This document shows, one piece after another, positions 55,618-64,000 of a stretch of DNA of 64,000 bases. Under the pieces are notes generated by a model. The model was given only the letters and a program-made list of their open reading frames with translations, had not been told where the DNA came from and did not search any database. Both the position numbers and the translations under genes were made by a program. The first letter of the stretch is position 1. Every line of letters starts with the position of its first letter. This stretch comes from Octopus vulgaris (lineage: Eukaryota), in assembly GCA_951406725.2 (NCBI GenBank), contig OX597819.1:88350001-88414000 (forward strand), given 5' to 3'.

Positions 55618-56744
55618 TAGCTTAAGGTGACCCGCTCTGCGCGCGAGTGAGGGTATGGTTGTTACTTTCTGTTGCTTCCTTTCTGTTTCTTATCGCCACA
55701 TTCTCCCTCTTTGTTTCTCTCTCCTTTCTCTCTTACTCTCTATCTATCTCTCTCCCATTTATAAAAAAAACAAAAGATCTTGAGTAAGTTGAGAAAGAAA
55801 ACATTTTGAAAGATCAATTATAAATATCAGTCGCTCCATCATATCGATGTTGCTTGAACAGGTGCACGGTGTACCATATGTCAGATGACAAGTAACGTGA
55901 GATGAAATGTTTTGCTCAAAACCACAACGCGCTACATGGTTCAGGAAATCACGATCGTGAGAAACCCTAACCACTAGGCTATTCACCCTCACACACACAC
56001 ACACACTTATAGATATGTATGTATATGTGTATATATCTGTTATATACAACAGAAGCAATATTAAATTAAAACAGCCATCTATGTATTGTACATAATGTGA
56101 ATACATGGTGAAAGGCAAATTTATTGTAGGAGACGAAAATCGTCCCAATAGCGGCTAATGAGAACACAAGATACATTTCTGTTTCGTTGGACATTATTAG
56201 TAGAGTTTACTCACAACCAACAACATACTTATACGATATTTTTCGCCACAAGTAGATAGGAAAACAGCGAATAAATATTCACTGATGTTGCGAACAGCAC
56301 ACCACCCGGTTGAATAAGAAACCTGTGTATGTAACAGAAGCAGCATCAGATTAAAATACACATTTAATGTAGATACATTACAAATTTACTGCGGATTGTT
56401 TACTCAGTTTTCCTATAGACCTGTAACGACAAATTTCCTTTAAGCATGCGTTTGGCTGTGAGAACACGCTATTGACGTTGCCGACCGAGTCAGAAATGTA
56501 TTCGGCGTTCTCACTAGCCACTGCTGAGATGGTTTTCGCCTCCCTCCGATGTATATAACAGTTTTAAACACAGCACTTGTATATGAGATATTTATTTTCT
56601 CGAGACTAACACTGCAGTAAATTTGCTTTTTAGAAGCTTTGCAAATTGATGGATATTCCAACCATATCTCAACAGTCCAAAATTTTGTCTATTTTCCATC
56701 CCTGCATCACGCAACTACTTATATCTATATCTATATCTATATAC

Positions 56745-57410
56745 AACATGTCGGGCGAAATTTAATGGTGTTTTATGTATTCCTTTTTCTTCAGGAACAA
56801 TTCGGTGTATTGGTGAACAGTCAACGGCGTTGGAAAGCATAAATTTTAAAGTTTTAGTTGAGAAAAAGTTATAAAAATACCAACATCATGATTACTGCTC
56901 AATGAATTATGAACACAGTAAAGGCTATAAGACATGACATGGATATTATGAAAATCAAGTTCCCCAAAACTGTGATGGTCTTTTGGTGTTTCTCGAATGA
57001 ATGTAACGTCATTGCCGCCCCACATCTTTGAACAGGCCTATAGGCTCAATTCAGACGGCTATGTGAAACTGCTGGAGAGGTTTACTGAGGGAAGACCATA
57101 TGTATGGCAGTAGGATTTGTCTCCTTAGCACACCTCCGGAAAGAGTCAGAGGTAGTTGTTGAGGAGATTCTACCACTGCACCAGCCCCAATTTCTGACCT
57201 CTTAATTGCTCAGATTTTAATCCCGGGTCGCAGTTGAGAAAGATACCAACTGCTCAACCTGAAACACCAAGGCCAAGTTGGTGGCCATGATCAAGGAAGT
57301 GTTCAAAAATCTTTCCAGGGACACGGTGAAGAATGCAAGCACCAGGTTCCGGAGCTGTCTTGAAGCAGTGATGGAAGCTGTGAGCGCCTACTTTAAGTAA
57401 ACTATTATCT
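56745..57410 (+). pseudogene. Tc1/mariner (maT/DD37D-like) transposase remnant
   Basis: KFPKTVMVF...PHIFEQ..LNSDGYVKLLE...GRPYVWQ*D...HTSGKSQ, related to 1780-2550. Confidence 0.75.
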
Positions 57411-57419
57411 CCTAGCAAA

Positions 57420-57760
57420 TGAAGGCGCATGGCTCAGTGGTTAGAGCATTGAGCCCACAATCATGAAATAGTGAGTTCGATTCTCAGACCGGGGTGTGCG
57501 TTGTGTTCTTGAGCAAGACACTATTTCACTTTGCTTCAGTTCACTCAGCTGTAGAAATTAGTTATATCACTGGTGCCAAGCTGTATCAGTCTGTGCCTTT
57601 CTCTTGGATAACATCGGTGGTATGGAGAGGGAAGGCTGATATGCATGGGCGACTGCTAGTCTTCCATAAACAACCTTGCTCAGATTTGTGCCTCGGAGGG
57701 GAGCTTTCTAGGTGCAATCCCACGTTCATTCATAACTGAAGGTGGTCTTTACCCCTTTTT
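57420..57760 (+). mobile_element. tRNA-derived SINE family C variant
   Basis: gaaggcgcatggctcagtggttagagc...gagttcgattc...gttcttgagcaagacac...cactcagctg. Confidence 0.85.
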
Positions 57761-57844
57761 TATCCTATCAACTAGCCATAATTTAGTCAACATTTTCTGA
57801 TTATTTTGAATAAGCATTTTGTCAAATTTAGCTCTAGCACACTG

Positions 57845-57933
<89 letters not shown>

Positions 57934-58456
57934 TCACACAGACACACACACACATACGCACAGACATATGTATGTGTGCATATATGCATGTATGTGTGTA
58001 TGACTTTATGTGTCAATATATGTATACATGTGCATGTGTGTGCGTGCGCGCACGCCCGTGTGTGCGCGCACGCCCGTGTGTGCATAAAATTCCAAACCGA
58101 TCTGTCGTCTTTTGGTTTAAACTGTGTGTGACTGTCATACTATACATAATCATCCGGTTATATGTGTAAAGAAAGTGTAAGCGACACCGCCATGACATTA
58201 GATACTGACACAACGACATTCGACACAAGAGTGAACCGAAACCTTCTAAGACATGCCAGCCCGATCATACTTGATTGACAGTCAATATCATTATTTCATT
58301 GTCCTTTCTTTTCTTGAGTGTTTACTTTCTCTATTTATCTCCCTGCTTCGGTCAATCGTTCTCTCTATCGCATTATCTCTCTCTCTCTCTCTCTCTCTCT
58401 CATAATTTCTGTATGTCTCCATATTCATACGAGCCACACACACACATACACATATG

Positions 58457-58558
<102 letters not shown>

Positions 58559-58734
58559 TACATATATACATATACAGAGAGAGAGAGAGAGAGAGAGAGA
58601 TGTATGTTTGTATAGCTATTCGAAACTTCGAAGTCACTGCCAACAGCATTATTGTTTAAGAATAATGAATTTGTGCTCTACAAAAGTATCGAGTAACCCA
58701 TCAGATTAATGTATAACGGCTCATAAAAGCAAAT

Positions 58735-59107
58735 ATCAGGTCATTCCATAAATTCTGTCCGAATTTTGAATAAAGAAAACAAGTGATCAAATGTTATATT
58801 TAATTGAAATTTAATCATCAATGTACTTTCCCTGATTATCTATGACTTCCTTCCATCTATTTACAAGTTTTTAACCCCATTTGTGTAAAACTCTTTTGCT
58901 TTCAAAGCGAAGAACTCTGAAATGTCAGTTTCGACCTCCTCCTGGCTTGCGAAAGTTATGTCCCCCAAATGATTCTGTAAACTACGAAACAAATGGTAAC
59001 CTGAAGGAGCAAGGTCGGGAGAATAAGGTGGATGAGGAATTTTTTTCCCAACCAAACAATTCGATCTTCTGTGATGTAATCTTTGCTGTGTGGGGTCGCA
59101 ATTTCAT
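58735..59107 (-). pseudogene. Mariner transposase 3' end with TIR
   Basis: PHPPYSPDLAPSGYHLFRSLQNHL (YSPDLAP motif). Terminus TA-tcaggtcattccataa. Confidence 0.85.
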
Positions 59108-60440
59108 GGACCAAATTACTGAATGAATCTTTATGATCATTATTTACTTTATGAAATTTGGAAATTATATTCTATGCATAAGGACAGATTTAATGCCGTG
59201 TATATTTGAAATTGAGGGGGCATAAATGAGGCCATGATCCCCATGAAAATTCATATATTTTTACTGTTGATGAAATTTTAACCATAGATATTAGACGCAA
59301 ATGAAGTAATATTTCAAAAATTTCAACTTCTTAGGAGTTAGTAAGATCCCTTAATGGGAGCTTAACCCTTACAATTTAGTCATTTTTCCTAAGCCAAGAC
59401 GAATACAATTGTACCCTTGGAAGCTGTAGAGTCACCCGAGCATACAAGATTAACGTTATTTGTAATTCAATGGTGCAACACTGTAAGAGTTTGCTTTGAG
59501 ATATACTTAGATAGTGATTTCTGCAATGTGGTGCATAAATTGTCAAGTAAAGGAGAAGCATCTTTGCCTCCACTGATTCAATTACAAAGTGTTATTTTGA
59601 GTAAAGTTATTTGGTTGCAGACCTCCTTTGAGTCTTTTTATTACCACTGGGTCAGAGATGGTCCCCTGATGGTAACACTGATTTCAAGTCCTTCCCAGAT
59701 AAGTGACTGGTCATTCAAAGAGATTTATAGATTGCAAATTTATTCTGTCCAGCTACCTATCGGCATAGTAATCATTAACAAACTTCAGAGGTGACACTTT
59801 CATTTCCCCTTAGCCCTCACGTCACACAGTTGTTAATGTTTATTTGAGTTGGGTTACGCCCTTCCAATTGCTATAGATCTGTAATGCATCTTACGGCTGT
59901 GCCTGTCACCTGTATGGTGAGGAATCCTATATTGGGGAGTGGTAACGACTAGGTTATGGTAGCTGACTGCTTATTGTGATCATTCGTCACTTGGTTTCTG
60001 TAGCTTAGCTCTCTTTTACAAACCCAGTGAACATTCATATATTTCCGATTTCCAAGAAATTTGAACAATAGATTTTAAGACCCAAGTTAAAAAAGATTCC
60101 CAACAATTCAACTTCTCTGGTTGATTTTATGACCCCCACCCATCCTCAATAGGGGCCTTAACTCCCACATTTTAGAGCTCCATGTGTTCCATTTTTCAGG
60201 AGCAAAAACTTCTGAATAGATTTCATAAGATTTAGATTTTGGAATCTGGGCATAAAGATGAGTAGTATGGGATAAATATGTCATGATTACAATTTTTGTT
60301 AGTGTGTGTCAAGAGGGAAAGAACCGTCATTACAATTCTTAATCTGCAATTTTGATGAAATTCGAATCATAGCTATTCCAGTTCATTAGAGAAAATATAA
60401 AAGAAAAGTCTAGATGTATGTACATATACATATGTATATA

Positions 60441-60596
<156 letters not shown>

Positions 60597-60860
60597 TGGA
60601 GGAGCGTGGCTTAGTGATTAGGGTGTCAGCATCATAATCGTAAGATTATGGTTTCGATTCCTGGACCGAGCGGCGCGTTGTGTTCTTGAGCAAAACACTT
60701 CATTTCACGTTGCTCCAGTTCACTCAGCTGGCAAAAATAAGTAACGCTGCGATGGACTGGCGTCCCGTCCAGCTGGGGAACACATACGCCATTGAAACCG
60801 GGAAACCGGGCCCACGAACCTGGCTAGGCTTTAAAAGGGCGCATTTATTTTTATTATTTT
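60597..60860 (+). mobile_element. tRNA-derived SINE family C with a V-domain-like segment
   Basis: A and B boxes, CORE-like gttcttgagcaaaacactt, and gcgatggactggcgtcccgtccag resembling the V-SINE domain. Confidence 0.8.
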
Positions 60861-60879
60861 TATATATTATTCATATTCT

Positions 60880-60972
<93 letters not shown>

Positions 60973-60988
60973 ACGAAAGAAAGAACGA

Positions 60989-61024
<36 letters not shown>

Positions 61025-61062
61025 GAGAAAGTGAAAGAGGCAGACAGATAGATATGCAAAAA

Positions 61063-61098
<36 letters not shown>

Positions 61099-61519
61099 TA
61101 TACACACACACAAACACTCACATATACACACACACGTACATACACATATGTATATGTGTATCAGTGTGTGTGTGTGTGTGTGTGTGCGTGCGTGTTATAA
61201 GAGACCTTCTAATTCAGACAGGATTAGTTTTCTGGGTTTTTTTTTCAATAAACTTCGTTTGAGTAATTTAGAAACACCCACTCCACTTACTAAAACTAAG
61301 TTTAGTACTGAGAGAGGGAGGGATGAAGAGAGGGAGAGAAAGAGATAGAGAGGGGGAGGGGAGGAGAGGGAGAGAGAGAAGATCAAACTTTTTATGACAC
61401 TCATTGTTTTCTAAGTGGGTGCCCCGAACTGGTTTCATGTTACTATTTTTTGTAGACGTGAAATCTCATATTTTACAGAAGTGTAATCTGAAGGAACTTG
61501 CGAATCAAATGATCTAGAA

Positions 61520-62202
61520 CAGTGGTCCTCAAACGGGATCCGTAGAACACCGGGGATGGGATATAAGATTTTGGGGTTCCACGCAAGCTAAATAGTATAT
61601 TAGGGATCTACAGTACTATTTAAGGGTCCATGAAAAAATGTTGCTTTAGATGCATTTATTGTGAGAAACAGCCAGGTTTCTTTCACTACCATTATAACTT
61701 GTTCACCATCGGTTACGACGTGTAGGGTTCCGGTTGATCTGATCAACGGAAAAGCCAACTCATGTAATTAACGTGTATGTGGCTGAGCACTCCACAGACA
61801 CGTGTATCCTTGATGTGGTTCTCAGGGAGATTCAGCGTGGCACAGAGTGTGACAAGGTTGACCCTTTGACATACAGGTACTACTCATTTTTGCCAGCTGA
61901 ATGGACTGGAGCAACGTGAAATAAGGTGTCTTGATCAAGGGCACAACACGTCGCGGGGAATTGAACTCACAACCTGGCGATCGTGAACCGAATACCCTAA
62001 CCACTAAGCCACGTGCCTTCACTATCTACCATTATACACAGTTTCAAACTACACAAGTGAATGTGTGAAAAAAATACAAAATAGGAACTTTGAAAGAAGT
62101 ATCTATAAAACTAGTTTTTAACCATCGAATGGCTATGGGGTTTCACCAGATTAAAATAATAATCAAAGGGTTCCACAGGTAAAAAATGATTGAGAACCAT
62201 TG
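61520..62202. mobile_element. hAT-like MITE (cagtggtcctcaa...ttgagaaccattg) containing a nested SINE
   Basis: 13-bp imperfect TIRs. The TSD is not recognisable. Confidence 0.7.
61697..62025 (-). mobile_element. tRNA-derived SINE family D, full length, with an 11-bp TSD
   Basis: Head gtgaaggcacgtggcttagtggttaggg on the minus strand. TSD ctaccattata at 61686-61696 and 62026-62036. Confidence 0.9.
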
Positions 62203-62242
62203 AAGAATAAGAATTTGATCGGAATCTCGACTCTAAATAAAC

Positions 62243-62400
62243 TTACGTCCCCGTAACTTAGCGGTTCGGTAAAAGAGACCGATAGAATAAGTACTAGGCC
62301 TACAAAGAATAAGTCCTGGGGTCGATTTGCTCGACTAAAGGTGGTGCTCCAGCATGGCCACGGTCAAATGACTGAAACAAGTAAAAAAGTAAAAGAGTAA
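62243..62400 (+). mobile_element. SINE family A 3' end
   Basis: cccgtaacttagcggttcgg...ccagcatggccacggtcaaatgactgaaac. Confidence 0.9.
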
Positions 62401-62908
62401 CGTAGCCAAACTTTACCACTATTTTGGAGCCAGTCGAATGATAAGAATGGTTTCGTGACAGACTTCATATTTTGTAAAATTTGGTGCTGTCGTTTTGCGG
62501 AACTCATGACAAAATTCTTAGCTTCCATCTGAGAGTCCACATCATTTTCTTTCAATTTACGTACTATTTCTACAACACAATGCTGGTTTTGAAACGTGAA
62601 ATTTGTTTACAATCATAACCTGTTCTGAAATGAAAATGGACCTCGGTGAGGAATTTTTATTGTGTTAGTAACGCGAAATATTCTTCTTGTACTCAGGATC
62701 AAATATACACAGCGGAGATGGTAACATACCAACTGAAACACCCATCCACCAACCAACTAACCAGCCAACCAACTGGTCGACGGTTCGTCTTTTACATTGG
62801 ATGAACAAAGTGGGGGCCTCGTAACGAGGCAACGGGCTTTTATACAATCGTTTGACTAGCTAAAAATAACCGCGTGCATGTGCATGTATATTTATATATA
62901 TATATATA

Positions 62909-63407
62909 TCCGACTCGTGGCCGATGCCAGCGCCGCCTCCACTGGCTTCCGTGCCGGTGGCACGTAAAATACACCAATCTGACCGTACGACAGGCACCCA
63001 TGCCAACCCCCTTGCTTGCGAAGACATGTTGGGGCAAGCGAAATCGAAATCGAATTGAACCAGCCAGGATCCCTGGTCTGGTGGTACGTAAAAAGCACTA
63101 TCCGACTCGTGGCCGATGCCAGCACCCCCTCGTTTGGCTTCCGTGCAGGTGGCACATAAAATACACCAATCCGACCGTGGCCGTTGCCAGCCTCGCCTGG
63201 CACCTGTGCAGGTGGCACGTAAAAAGCACCCACTACACTCACGGAGTGGTTGGCGTTAGGAAGGGCATCCAGCTGTAGAAACACTGCCAGATAAGACTGG
63301 AGCCTGGTGCAGCCTTCTGGCTTTCCAGATCCCCGGTCGAACCGTCCAACCCATGCTAGCATGGAGAACGGACGTTAAACGATGATGATGATGATGATGA
63401 TGATGAT
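62909..63407 (+). mobile_element. Nin-domain-like SINE (family E) with a triplicated ggtggcacgtaaaa module and a (GAT)n tail
   Basis: ggtggcac(g/a)taaaa at about 62956, 63148 and 63211; ggttggcgttaggaagggcatccagc; tail acgttaaac(gat)n. Confidence 0.75.
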
Positions 63408-63409
63408 AA

Positions 63410-63443
<34 letters not shown>

Positions 63444-63667
63444 GAGACAAGTATTCTCTGTACAGAATACACATCGTAGTGCCCAACAGATTTGAACTTG
63501 AGCAGGTAGAGCAGTAAATATAAGGACAAACAAGTTAGACAAGTCAGTATGCAAAAAAATGTTAAATACGTTTAATACAAAAAATGTACATATGTATGCA
63601 TATAAAAAAATCCGACTTAGAATATAAATGATATCAGGAATTAAAGGGGTTGAGTAAGAGTTTTATG

Positions 63668-63764
63668 AGTCCCACAGCTATTTCTGGGGTGTTTGGTGGT
63701 CGAAACTAATAATTGTAACTTGATTACATCATCGGATAACACCAGCCCCCCGTCTTCAGGAAAG
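63668..63764 (-). ncRNA. Degenerate hammerhead motif (Penelope-like pseudo-LTR remnant)
   Basis: Minus strand: uuuc-CUGAAGA-[cgggg...cccca]-GAAA-U-agcu-G-UG-gga. Same layout as 41340, but the cleavage triplet is mutated. Confidence 0.5.
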
Positions 63765-63792
63765 AATTTTACATTTTATATATGTATGTGTG

Positions 63793-63823
<31 letters not shown>

Positions 63824-63923
63824 ACACATATATACACATATATTTTGATATTTCTCATTATAAAATTTATTGTTCCCTTGTCATTTATTTAATTTCAAAT
63901 ATACACACATATATAGACAAACA

Positions 63924-63972
63924 TATTTCTGAGGAACCTAATGAACCTTCATCATGGCAAGAAACGCAAATA
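63924..63972 (+). ncRNA. Degenerate hammerhead motif
   Basis: tattt-CTGAGGA-[atgaa-cc-ttcat]-GAAA-cgc-aaata. Stem I tattt/aaata is intact, but the cleavage triplet appears deleted. Confidence 0.4.
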
Positions 63973-64000
63973 AGTGGGGATGGCGTTATCCGACACCCTC

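Noticed and set aside
57420-57495. tRNA-like sequences (also 28545, 60597, 61950)
   Set aside because: They have A and B boxes but no proper cloverleaf or acceptor stem and continue into SINE bodies, so they are SINE heads rather than tRNA genes.
59110-60400. Unique-looking stretch with a 125-aa ORF (59417-59794)
   Set aside because: It has a non-ATG start, no domain signature and no clean terminal repeats. It is probably a decayed repeat but cannot be supported.

Overview
AT-rich, repeat-saturated eukaryotic DNA. The microsatellite density and the SINE families look like a coleoid cephalopod (Octopus-type) intergenic or intronic region; this is inferred from repeat style, not a database match. 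I found no host protein-coding gene I can support, and almost all track ORFs are microsatellite translations. The window holds dozens of tRNA-derived SINE copies from about five families, and a young CR1-like LINE with an open RT frame (51026-52432) plus a second truncated copy fused to a SINE head. It also has RTE and R4/Dong LINE remnants, several Tc1/mariner fossils, hAT-like and Merlin-like MITEs, and two copies of a non-autonomous Helitron. The most notable signal is a set of divergent palindromes (769-1116, 40893-41555, probably 4680-4911) whose arms carry type I hammerhead ribozyme motifs with a minimal stem III; the two clearest have an unusually long stem II. These fit Penelope-like pseudo-LTR or retrozyme remnants, and further solo or degenerate hammerheads occur elsewhere in the window. 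A few unique islands look like enhancers or structured RNAs.
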